Program-made: the position numbers and the translations under genes | The notes under the pieces: generated by a model | What the model was told of the DNA's origin: nothing | The model's input: only the letters and a program-made list of their open reading frames with translations | The model's database searches: none | Assembly (NCBI GenBank): GCA_905178155.1 | Contig: CAJINV010000004.1 | Span: 876,629 to 940,628, forward strand | DNA: 64,000 bases | DNA from: Amoebophrya sp. A120 | Lineage: Eukaryota; Protista; Dinoflagellata | Reading direction: 5' to 3' | Shown: piece by piece, positions 24,113 through 35,300 of the stretch | Layout: each line of letters starts with the position of its first letter | Position numbering within the stretch: the first letter of the stretch is position 1

Positions 24113-26648
24113 TCAGTGAAACGCCCTCCGCGTTTTCTCCAGCAGAAACTCGTAGAACGCGAACATGAACGCCGCTTGACTGACCGTCTGCAGCAGCTTC
24201 GGGCCCAGCCCCTTGAAAAACCCCTTGAAGAAGCCCTCGAGCTCCAGGATTATGCAATACAAAATTTCCCGCACATGTACAGCATGCATCACAAATTTCG
24301 CCAATTTGTAGCGTAAAACTTGTCATGCTAAACTAGAATCGAAGCCAAGTTTTGTCATGCAGAGACCGGATCTGTACGTGTACGGGAAATTCACTGTGCA
24401 TAAGGATCTGCTGCATGCACGAGAAAAACGTGACGTCGTTCGAAACCAGGGTGTATCCTGTGCAAAAGTATCGTACTAGTATAAATCGCAATACAAATTA
24501 GCTCAGCATTAGCATTACAAATTTAAATTTGTAATGCTGATTTACCTTAACAACTAGATTTGTAATGCATAACTGCAATTAGTACGAGTACGATACTTTT
24601 GCAATGCATAGCGTGCGCATCCGGGTCTGCGTCACCTGCAGGGGGTAGGTGAGCACGGTGGCGATCGTTTTCGTGATGCTGCCAATGAGGAAGGCGGCGA
24701 AGTATGGGCGGGCTCTCAACTGTTACATTCTCAGCTGTTAAGTACATGATTTGTCATGCAAAAACGCATGACAAGTTCTTGACGCGCTAGATAGCATTAG
24801 AATCTCTCTGCGCCAAACCTGTAATGCAAAAGGCGCAATTTCCCCCCGTTCATTTTTCCCATTCCTGCATTACAAATTCATGTATACAGTTGCGAATGTA
24901 ACATTTGAGAACTCCATACGAAGGCGGAGATGGTTGCTGTAGATTTTATAATTTGCGGGGATGAAGAAGGACCCCCGCTGTTGAAGTAGTCGAGGTACCG
25001 TTTTTTCAACACGTCATACAACGCGTACTGCAACACCGGATTCGAAACCAGCCACAACGAAGTTGTCAACCCGTCCCAGAGGGACAGGAAACCGTTTTCC
25101 TCCCCCATACGGTACGCGACCCGAAACACGTTCTGCATTTTTGCCGTAGAAGGCATAATTAGCTGATGATGGTGTTGTGCATAATTGCTGGTTTGTTCCT
25201 GCTCCGCTGTTGAAACATTCTTGTCATTCTTTTTATTCGGACTCATGACGGGCGTTTTCGCGGTCACTAGGGGCGAAATCGGGCTGGTGCTCGCGACCGT
25301 TTGCTTCGACGTGGTGGCACTCGAAGCAGCGGAATCGTTCATCAACACCGAGGAATTCCTGGCTGCGAGCATGCAACGCATGTTTGCTTTCCAAAGCGGT
25401 TCGGTTAGGAGCATGTTCAAAACCCCGGCGACGAGCGAGGCGACGAAAGATTGGAACGCGGAAATTTCCTCTACTTTCTGTATTTCCGCTTTCGCAGCAG
25501 CGGCGGCGGCGGCAGCAGCGTCACCCGCAGCAAGTCCTAGGGCCACTTGTTGACTTTTGCCTGCTCTTCTACTCGCCTGATACGCCACGAGCAGCTTTGC
25601 CACCACCTTCTTGGTCCACTGGAACAGGTAGAAATACACGAACTGCGACGTCCCGATCGTGGTCAAGACGGGTACTAGACCACTGTAGAATCCCTTCACA
25701 CCGGCGAAAATCTGCTCGAGTTGCTTCTTGCGCTGTTCTCGCTTATTTTCATCAGCTTTTTGCTCCTTTCCACCGCTCATCTTGACAGCAGTGGTCCCCC
25801 CGGACGGGGAGCCAAACAGGAGCTGCATGCCGACGCCCGCTTTCTCCTGCTCGGCCTGCTTTGCTCTCCTCCCGAGCTCGTAAATGACCCGAATGCGCTT
25901 ATCAAATGTAAAAATGTCTGGGTCTGGAAGAGTGCATGTTTGTCATGCTTGTCTGGCATGACTCTTAAATCTGTCATGCACGTTGCCCAAGAGCCGCGCT
26001 TTTCTGTCATGCGGAGACGCAATTTGTCATGCAGAATAGGCAACACCTACAAGCTCAGAAATTTGTCATGCTGACCCAGCACTTGTGGCCTCCTCATGCT
26101 ACGCCACTCAGCATCACAACTTTCCAGACCCAGACATTTTTACATTTGATAGCGCTGGAAAACGGTCAACGTTTTCTCCTCCTTCCGCGACTTGTCCATC
26201 TGGCTGTGGGTTCGCAGCACGTCCAGCGGGTAGAGGAGCAAGCCCGTGCATCAAAAGGAAAAACGCCCCCTCCCCATACACATACTCAAAGGGCGACTTG
26301 TGTAGCATGATTTGTGATCACAAGTCAGACTGTCATGCTAGAAGGCAAGAGATGTAGACACTGCAGTGCTGGCTGGCGTGGGAAAGCATTGCGTCTTCAG
26401 CATGACAGGAAGCAACTGGAAGCGGAAAACAGCATGACAAATAATTGCCTGCAAACGAGGGGGCGGCGGCGTCTCTTGGCCTTCTAGCAATACAAGTCGA
26501 TTTGTGATCACAAATCAGCATCAGAAGTTTTCTTTTCGATATGGGGAGGGGGGATTTTTCCTTACGATACCGCGAGGACGGAGGACAGCGCGCCCACGCT
26601 CGCATGGTGGAGCAGAGAGGAACTTGGTTGCTGACTCGGGGAGGACAT
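24113..26648 (-). CDS. Mitochondrial carrier family protein, PMP34/SLC25A17-like (peroxisomal adenine-nucleotide/CoA carrier), 6 exons, ~470 aa
   Basis: Spliced: LAGLLLYPLDVLRT...GFYSGL...LLTEPLW...LWDGL..SLWLVSNPVLQYALY...TKTIATVLTYPLQVTQTRMR...GFFKGLGPKLLQTVSQAAFMFAFYE. All five introns are introners. Confidence 0.88.
24251..24402. mobile_element. Introner family E (TATGCA...AAATTTCC.GTACA.GTACA)
   Basis: DR aggat. Removing 157 nt gives QQILELEG. Confidence 0.9.
24454..24610. mobile_element. Introner family A
   Basis: DR gggtg/gcgtg. Removing 162 nt is in frame. Confidence 0.9.
24703..24918. mobile_element. Introner family D
   Basis: DR cgaag. Removing 221 nt gives SAFAAFLIG. Confidence 0.9.
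25900..26151. mobile_element. Introner family B
   Basis: Perfect ~30-bp IR; DR gcgct. Removing 257 nt gives VFQRIRV. Confidence 0.92.
26249..26569. mobile_element. Introner family C (.ATC..AAGGAAAAA..CCCCCTCCCCATA)
   Basis: DR ccgtg/ccgcg. Removing 326 nt gives VLAGLLLYP. Confidence 0.85.
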
Positions 26649-27215
26649 GGTTGCAACTTCTTTCGTTGAGCTGGAGATGTCTCGTAACAACTACCACGAC
26701 AATAAAGCGGTGCGGTGTTCGTGAAAAAAAAAGCTGCAAAAATGCGCTGGTGATCATGTAGTTTTCTGTTAGCTCTACGAGCTTCAACATCACCAAATTT
26801 CAATGTACATTTCCCGCACGAGATTGAGATTGTGACTGATCGTTATCGACAAAGTACGAGTACTAGTAAAAAACGACCAAACGAGGAACAGAACTGTTTT
26901 TCCAAACGTCACGAAGGCTGCTCTCACTATGACTTGCGGCAGAGAAATAACTTCCAAAGCTATCGAGTAAGCGAATGTTCTTGACAAGGCCCTCAGCTAC
27001 GACGCACGACGTTGAACAGGATTCAACTTTTTTGGACGAAAGCTTCCTGGCTGGCTTGCGCGCGTTCTGAAGAATGAGTCGAGATTTGGCAATCGTCGTC
27101 ATTTTGTGACTGTGTGGTGGACTTCTACTTGCAGACGCGAGTATTTCGGTACTTATCGGTTATCACAGTCAGAGCGCAAAAAAAAAGCTGTACAGGCTTT
27201 ATTTCACAACATGAT

Positions 27216-28715
27216 TCACAAAATATCCGCGTCATCCCACCGGGTCGCCACCGACACGTAGCTGGTGTGTCCCCGCATCGGCAACTGCATGGAGTTGTTG
27301 ACCCCGTTGTTTTTCGTGTTGCACACCCCCCACGGCTTGGCCAAACACTCAAAGGTCCGGACGTCCAGAAAGCCACCGGACCGCAGCGCTTCCGACATGC
27401 GGCTGACCTGCTCCACGCAGGGACAGAAAAAGCAGAGCTTCCCATTCAGTTTCAAAACCTGCTTCACGTTTTCAATCGCCTCCCACGGCTGCGGAAGGTC
27501 CAGAAACACCGCGTCGACAAAGTAGGGTGTTGCTGGTGAGGAAGTGGAGGATGAAGGCCGCGACGAGAGCGTGTTCGTGGAGGTGGAGGATGCTGCGTTG
27601 CTCATGCCAGCACTTTGTTCCTGCTTGCTTGTTTCTGCAAGATGGAGCTCTATTCCCTCGCGGAAAGACCGCACCATTTTTGGTTTTTTCTCACCGCTTT
27701 GCTCGCGTTCTTGTTCTACTTCCGCCTGTTCGTTTATTGCAGGAGCTCCTGCGTGGTTATTATGCAAAGCGCAAGCGTCCCCCCAAAAGGTGAACAAATT
27801 ATCGTAGCCGTTCACCTTTCGCATCTCAAATTCTTCCCTCGCCTTGCGAAACCTCTCGAAATGGTACTCGAACGTGAAAACTTTTCCGAACGGCGAGACA
27901 CTCGCTGCCAAGCTTGTGGACAGAGATCCCGAGCCGGTGCCGGTTTCTACGACGGAGTCGCCGGGTTTCAAATCGAGCAAAGATAGAATCAAAGAGATGT
28001 CCGCATGATAGATGATCTGCGTCCGGTGCGGCAGGGAGAGTGTCGCCAAGTCGGGGTTCGGCTTCATCAGACTCAGGAACTTCGGACGGCGGGCGGTTGT
28101 TGTTGCTTGTTGATGCTGTTGGGAAGGTGCTGTTGGCGAAGTTTTGCTTTTGTTCGTCGCCCTCATCTCGTCGCGGCCCTTGCAGCTCGCCTGATCTTCT
28201 GCACCGATGCTGTTCTTCTTTTCAAGCGAGTCGGCCTTGGTTCCTCGCCCTACTTCTATAATAGCGCCAGCTGCTTGCTTTTTCTTTTCCACCCCTTGCT
28301 CTGGTGGCTCCTGATCGATTTCTTCATCCAGGTTATCCGTTGTCGTCACGCTGCTGTCGGTTTTTCTCTTCTTGTTTGTCCCGCCAGTAGATAAATGACC
28401 CGCCCCATCTTTCGCATTCGCCTTGATCAGCAGTTTCTTTTCCAGTGCCGGCCAGGGGTTCCGCTCCCGGATGACTGTGCCGAACGGCTGGCCGATAATG
28501 TCGTCATGGGAAAAAGAACCCCACTCACAGTCGAAGATCCCGTTTTTTTGAAGCGTCAATCCGAAGACGGTTTCTGCGTTGCCGTACAGAATCACAAAGT
28601 CGTCGGGCTTCGCGGTCGTCGTGCTGTGACTCAGGATCTCGTTGTTGTTCTCGGGGCGCACAGCAGGCGAGAAAAGTAGATCTTTAGAGCTCATGTCGGT
28701 GGAGGTCGCTGTCAT
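27216..28715 (-). CDS. TRM61: tRNA (adenine-58-N1)-methyltransferase catalytic subunit
   Basis: LPHRTQIIYHADIS, VVETGTGSGSLS, VFTFEYH, DAVFLDLPQPW, FCPCVEQV, GHTSY; single exon. Confidence 0.95.
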   Translation of the reverse strand: MTATSTDMSSKDLLFSPAVRPENNNEILSHSTTTAKPDDFVILYGNAETVFGLTLQKNGIFDCEWGSFSHDDIIGQPFGTVIRERNPWPALEKKLLIKANAKDGAGHLSTGGTNKKRKTDSSVTTTDNLDEEIDQEPPEQGVEKKKQAAGAIIEVGRGTKADSLEKKNSIGAEDQASCKGRDEMRATNKSKTSPTAPSQQHQQATTTARRPKFLSLMKPNPDLATLSLPHRTQIIYHADISLILSLLDLKPGDSVVETGTGSGSLSTSLAASVSPFGKVFTFEYHFERFRKAREEFEMRKVNGYDNLFTFWGDACALHNNHAGAPAINEQAEVEQEREQSGEKKPKMVRSFREGIELHLAETSKQEQSAGMSNAASSTSTNTLSSRPSSSTSSPATPYFVDAVFLDLPQPWEAIENVKQVLKLNGKLCFFCPCVEQVSRMSEALRSGGFLDVRTFECLAKPWGVCNTKNNGVNNSMQLPMRGHTSYVSVATRWDDADIL

Positions 28716-29712
28716 TTTCAGAGCAGAATGCGAATAGTCGTTCTGTAGAAGTGCTAATGTTAAATGCGTCGTTGCTAGTGTGCCCTTTGCTAAAGTATCA
28801 AAGTGATACTGATGCTGTTTTCTTGCTGCTCCTGAACGTTGTACAGATAACTACGTCGAGGAAATTCAACCGCTTTCAACAAATACAGCACGACACCAGC
28901 AAAAAAATTGTTGCTCTGCCTGGGAAACTGAAATTGATCGGTATGTCGCCGTCAGAACAAGCGTGGTGAACACGACAGGAGCACTTAGAGTTGTATAGAC
29001 ATCAAAAAGACACAGCTAGACCACGACTACAGTAAAGGATGAGGATCATCAGGATCTTCATCTCGCTAACAAAATTGATAGCGTACGTACGATCTCCAAT
29101 GCTCAGATTTGATCAGGTGGAGCAGAGAAGCGGATCGCAAAAAAGCTGCAATGACCTTGTTAGATGAAGACCCACTCTTCTCTCTTGTTTTCGTCGTGAT
29201 CTTGATGCTGATCTTGTTCGTGGACCCGGTATAAGATTTGCAACTTAAACTCAAATAATAACTGAAGAGGACCTTTGTTGAGTCTCCTTGGTTGATGCGC
29301 CACAGACATGATCCAGGAGCTTTGTGATTGTGTTGAGTGATCCTGATAATTCTTTTCAATTTGAAGATCTTCCGTGCCTGACGCCAACTTCTCTGTAATT
29401 CTGAAAAGCGTGAACGTCTGGAAGCTTCAACGTAAATGGAGAGAAGCGTCCAGCGAACCGGAACTGCCAGAGTAGAAGCGACTCATCGACATCTCATTTT
29501 CTTGACTAGTACTCGCTTCTCATCATCAATATGAATGTCGTGTCAACAACACACTGCGGTTCGTTTGAGACAGAAAATCGTGGCCGTACCAAGTACATCA
29601 GCTTCATCTTTGATAAGCCCAATAGCACCGGAGCTACTCCTCCGGCCACTAGAGGGTGGACAAAGGCATGATTGACCTCGTCCAGATGCCCAGAAGAACG
29701 TCGTCGACCCTT

Positions 29713-30795
29713 CTACCTTGTGAACCCGCCGCCACCGTGGAACGCCAAATTTGTTTCCCGCACGTTCTGTGCGAGACCGGGAAGTTCTTTGAACTCCCGG
29801 TCTTTGAACCAGATCTGGAGCGTGTAAGTCTTTTTCGACTTGTCCCAAACCTCGTAAAATTTCCCGTCTTCCCCCCTGTCAATCTCCATGTTGGGGACTT
29901 TGAAGGCAATCGTCTCATACGGGTCCGCCGCAATCAGCAGGTACTGGAAATTCATGTCGGGACTCTCCTTCTTCTGCTCGTAACAGCTCATAAACCGGTG
30001 CCGCGGAATCACGTCCGGCTCGATGGAAGGGTACTCAATTTCAAAAAGGAGGGCCTGTGGTTGTAATATGTTTCCAGAAAAATAAATGATCATGGCGGTG
30101 TCGTTGACTTTGTCAAGCTCAGCATGCGCACATGTAGTTGATGCAAAACGATAGAAGAAATGATTCTTCGCGCACAATTACCTTCTGTTTCGTTGTTGGC
30201 TCCCTCTCCTTTGTGACCTTGTAACCTGGTCGCCCAATCTTTATCGTGCCGGTTTTTTTCACCATATCCTTTGGTACTGGCACGGAAAACGCGTTAGCCG
30301 CTGCGAGCTTCTTTTCCCTCTCTTGTCGTCGCGCCAGGTTGATTTGGTGCTTCTTCCCCTGCGTGTGCGCGAGGTAGGAACCTGGAGTGATTTGAGCTTT
30401 AAACTTTATAAAGTGCTTTACTTATCGTCCCCGTTTTCAAGGCCGCGGAGAAACAACGTACGCGAGCGTCAGGAAGGGAACGAAATGTGGTTGAGTTAGA
30501 ATTTCTTTACAGAAAATAAATTGGTTCCATTTTTTGTGGACCAGGACCTGCAGCAGTTGACACCAAGAGAGAAACTTCCTACCATACCTTCGTTCGTGTG
30601 CACGGTGAGGCAGAGCTTGCACTCGAACGTCCCGACGTGATTCATCATAAAGTAGGGATCTTTTGACAAGTCGATGCTCTCCATCGCCAATCTTCGCAGC
30701 CGATCCCGCCGGTCCATGGCCCGGTCCTGGGCGGTTGCCTGACCCGTCCCCTTGTACCCATGACGGGTGTTTCGATCCGTAGACATACCCGACAT
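29713..30795 (-). CDS. SF3A2: Splicing factor 3A subunit 2 (SAP62/Prp11), 3 exons, 249 aa
   Basis: DLSKDPYFMMNHVGTFECKLCLTVHTNEG|SYLAHTQGKKHQ...IGRPGYKVTK...PRHRFMSCYEQK...YLLIAADPYETIAFKVP; GT-AG introns 30587-30382 and 30181-30055. Confidence 0.95.
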
Positions 30796-31832
30796 TTTTT
30801 AGGGGGTGTGTTGCTGCTGGGTCGTCGTAGGGAAAATGAATAAGAGGGCGAAAAGTACTTCAAAAAACACGAGCTGTAAGTGTAAACTTCTTATTAGGCG
30901 GTCGTGAAAGTGACACTTACAAGAACATCGAAATCTAATATCTTTTCCTGCGTATATTTCTCGCCGCTTCCACAGGTCGCTTGTTGTATTTGTAAACTTC
31001 TACTTGGGAAATCTGCCAGCTACTTTTGTTGTTGAAACTACTTAACTCATTGCCTGTCAAAATACTTCATCCAGTTGGAAAATTTGCGCAATCTTTGATC
31101 ACCGTCTGGTAGCGAAGCCAGAATTTTTTTGACCCGGATTTCATAGCAACGCAAATATCGGAAAGGTACCTACACCAAAACCGGAGCAGAAAAGGTCATA
31201 GAAGCCGCATTGCTTGTTTTCTTGTCCATTCTATCTGATCGCAACTGAAGAAGTTGTGATCAAGGTTTTCTTGTATTTGGCACGCGATTGTAGGCTACTT
31301 GTAGCTAGCGCTACCTTTCTTTTGTCGAGTATTTGGCACTGCACTATGATTGAAGTGCTGCATCGGAAATCGGTTCTGATTATGCTATTTCGGAACGAGT
31401 TGAACCTCATCTTCGTCCGGATTTCAATTTATTTCCGGATCGGAAAATTCTATCTTCTCATGAGTGGAACAAGATGAACTTCATAAGCTTCTGCTTGTTT
31501 CGGCGAACTTTACCGCCAAAGAAACGCTCGAGCTGACTGCACGAGATCTGATGAAGCAGATATACGGATCATTCTGGCTAAGAATCTATTCGGATCGGGT
31601 AGCGGTTTTCGTGTTAGTGGTTCTTTAGGGGTACTGTGTAGAAGCGGGTCGAGCTTGGAATTATCTTGCTCGAGTGATGAGGATATCGGGTTCTGGGGAA
31701 AAGATTCTTATCTTACCGGAGTCAGATTAACGGGGTGTGGGTTCGAGCGAAAGGCACAGACCACAAGGACTGAGTTGTATTGTAAACGGGTTACGATGCT
31801 TGAAAGACTAGAGTTTGAATTTGATCAAGAAA

Positions 31833-32235
31833 CTTCATGTTAGCAAAATTCATGTTAGCAAAATATACCCAAATAAAAAATGTTTGCGTTGTTAGTGTTT
31901 GAAAAAACTTGGATTCTATCTTAGGTGGAAAGCAAAATGTTGTTAGTGTTTGAAAAAACTTGGATTGTATCTAGAGTGAGAACAAAGCAAAAGAAAACCC
32001 TTTTAGAAGTTTGTGTTTGAAAAGACTGGGATTGTATCTCAATTGGAAATAAAGCAGTGAGTTTCGCCGTGAAATTGATGTATCTAGAAAAAACAGTATA
32101 GCGGAATGCATTTACATTTGTAATAAGCATACACTTCGAGAAAAATTTGATTTTGAATTTACCTGAAAAACAGCTTGTCAAAAAATTGGATTCGGAAAAA
32201 AATAATGTATCACGTATCTAGAAAAAACAGCATAG
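31833..32235. repeat. AT-rich intergenic direct repeats
   Basis: ttcatgttagcaaaa x2; gttgttagtgtttgaaaaaacttggatt x2; gtatctagaaaaaacag x2. Confidence 0.7.
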
Positions 32236-32390
32236 CAAAAGCAACAGTACAGGTACAGCAATAAAACGAATAATTTTTTTTACAGGATGGACGCAAATAG
32301 GCTGTAGTGAATCAGTGCTCAACCAGAGGGATGCTCACAGCACAACATACACTTCAGCCTATTTCTCTCTTTGCGACAGCGATCCTCCTC

Positions 32391-35300
32391 TCAGATCTTC
32401 GGACTCCGGCCGCTGTTTCCGAACAGAAACTGTGCGTTCGGCTGCAACACCACCGGTAAATTGTAGCTACTTTTGTACCCGTGCTCCTGGTACCGGGACA
32501 CATTCCCCGGTCGGCCGTACAGTTTTTCCCGTTGCTTCTGCACGGAAGACCGCAGCTTCGTCGCCAGCGTGGGCTTCCAGATGGGTTTCACGGGGACGTC
32601 TTCCACGGAATTCAGCCGGTTCCAGCACACGTTCTCCGTCGAGTGCTTCAGGCTCGCGTAGGAGGGTTGAATGGACCCGATGCAGATCTTCTCGTCCTTC
32701 ATCTTCGTGAGAGACAAATTGTGCGACAGGTTCGCCTGGATGTCTCGTCTGCGCAGCGGTTCTTGATTTTGATTTGGATTTTGATTACTTCCAGGAGAAG
32801 ATGATCCACCAGGAACAACTACAGGACCAGCCTTTGCCTTTCTGTGTCTGGAGGGGAACAAGTCTTTCTTCTGCAGTTTCAAGTTGGGATCTGAGGTGGA
32901 GTACACCCCGGACAGGTACTGGCCGCCCAGGAACTGGTACGGCGGCGGACGTTCCGGAGTTCGGGAACGGGAAGGAGTTGCAGCTTCATCTTTGGACGAC
33001 TTTCTAGAAGAGGTTTTATTTTTCGTTTTGTTTTTCGCCGCATGTGAATTCGCTTCTTCCATCGTTTGATCAACGAGACCTGCTGTCGTGCCGTCGTTCA
33101 CACTTCCAACATTGTCATCAGGTAGCAGATCCAGCAAATCGAAATCCGGACTCCGAGATCGGCTCCTCCTGCGGTTTGTCCTCTTCTCTTTCGGATCCTC
33201 GTCCCCAAACAATTCCTTCCGTACCGCCTCGTACTCTGCATCCAACAACACTGACGTTTGCGGCGAGTCGAAACTGCTCTTTCGATGGAAAGTGTCGACG
33301 CCGCCATTTGAAGACGCAGCTCCCGGAGAGATGCTGCGATGTTGGATCCTAGAAGAAGTACCGAGAACCGCACCAGCCGCAGGGCCAGTCGCGGAGGCCG
33401 AAGCATAATAGTTTCCCGGCGAGGGGCTCGCGGGCAGGGACTGTGTGTCTGCTTGGGAGTTCGTCGCGGACCAGGACCTGATTTTTTGGTCCACAAACCC
33501 GTTAAACTCCTCGCCGAACAAGACTGAGCCGGGCGACCCAAAATCGATGAACGGGTCGAAGTTGATGGAAGAGCTGCCGGTCGTGTTTACCGTCGTGTTC
33601 GGCTGACCTTGTTGGCCAGACAAGTTTGAGGACCCACCGGGCGAAGTAGTTCCAGCGCCAGGATTGTTGTTGTAAAAACCTCTGGAGTTATTGCTGCTGT
33701 TGGTACTGTTTTCGTGACTCAAAGCTGCTGCTGGTACTTCTACTGCACCCGGGCCTGGCGATGTTGTTGCGCTGGCGTGGTCCGCGTCTTGGTTTTGGTT
33801 CACGTAGGGTAGTTCTTCTTGCAGCTCCTGTGCCTGCTGCTGCATTTGAAATTCCTCCTGTTCGAGCAGCATTTTGTGCACCCGGGAATGCCTTGATGTA
33901 CTGTGGTTGGTGTGCGGCCTGGAGTTCGAGTGGTTTGTGTGCGGCCTGGAATTGGAGTGGTTGGTCTGCGGCCTGGAATTGGAGTGGTTGGTCTGCGGCC
34001 GGCTGGACGACAATCCCGCAGAGGGGAGTGAAGCCGAGGTCGCGGAAGTTTGCGGCCGGCTGTTGCTGCCGATTGGTGCGACTGTGGAACCCGTCGGGGG
34101 CCGATCGTCTTGAAAGAAATCCGGAAGCTTTCGGTTCAGCTGGAGCTGGTGTAGTTGTTCGAGTTCCGGCTCCAAGTCAGCTGGCGCACCATTGTCGACA
34201 ACATCGTCTCCTCGTGTAGTTTGCGACGATAGTGCAACATTTTCTTCTTGTCGGTGTTCCTCCTGCTGGTCCTGATACTGTTCCTCATCCGCCACAAAGG
34301 AAATAATTCGTGGCGACAGGGAAGATTGCTTCGGATTCGATGATGCAGCAGGTCGCTGCTCTGCAGTCACTTCTGTCACATCTTCTCCGATATCATTGGC
34401 CCTCTGCAGCATATTAAAGGAAGCATATTCATCATCACCGACGCCTGTGATCATACCAGTCGCTGACATTCGTTCATGACCACTACTCACAGCCGCCTTG
34501 CTCGTAGCCTCCCGGCCCCGCCAGGGAATGGCGTCGTAGCTCGCCATTGAGACGAGGCTATGGGTGTAATTGCTAGTACTTCCCCGCCCCCTATCTCTCC
34601 GGTTTCGACTTCTACGCCCGCGACTGTCACCACGCTGATGACCCAGACCTCCGCCACTCGACGAGACTGTGGAAAACGTCGTTGATTCGTCGAACGCGAT
34701 GCTACTTGAGGTCGACATCATACTGCCCCGACTCAACAGGGAGTTGTCCCTGGTTGCCGCCAACCGGGTCGACTCTGACATTCCCCCGGTGTTGGTCCCG
34801 GTGCAGAAGTCCAAATGCGCATCGGGAAAAAGATTTGGGGAGGTTGGCGTCACGGGTTTTGGATTCTTCTTCCCCCCGTCCGACATCACCGGCGGCCTTC
34901 CGACCGGATCGGTTGCTTTCCGGACGTAAACCATCGCCCTCTCGCTTCTCTCCGGGTAGTCCGCGAATCTGTGCGATTTTCCGTACATTTTGCGGTTTTC
35001 TTTTAGTCTGTTTTTTCTTTTCTCCAACACAAAATCATACGCCGTTCTGTCGTCCAAAACCTTGTCGATGTACTTGACGCCGCCGATGTTGTTCCGATTT
35101 TCAAACTCTTGCTCGGCGAGTAGCCTCCGGTTTTCCTGGTCTTCCAGAGTCTGCATGGCCCAGTCCTGCTCGTCCGCGCACCGGTATTGCATCCGCTCCG
35201 TCCGGGTCAGTGACCGCTTTTTTTTCTTTTTCCGGACAATGGTTTTCATGGAATTCGAAACGCGGTCAAATACCTCCACCTCCTCCATTTCGGAGGATTC

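Noticed and set aside
21667-26569. Regularly recurring repeats suggesting a CRISPR array
   Set aside because: Repeats are paired inverted termini of variable spacing inside eukaryotic exons, and there are no cas genes.
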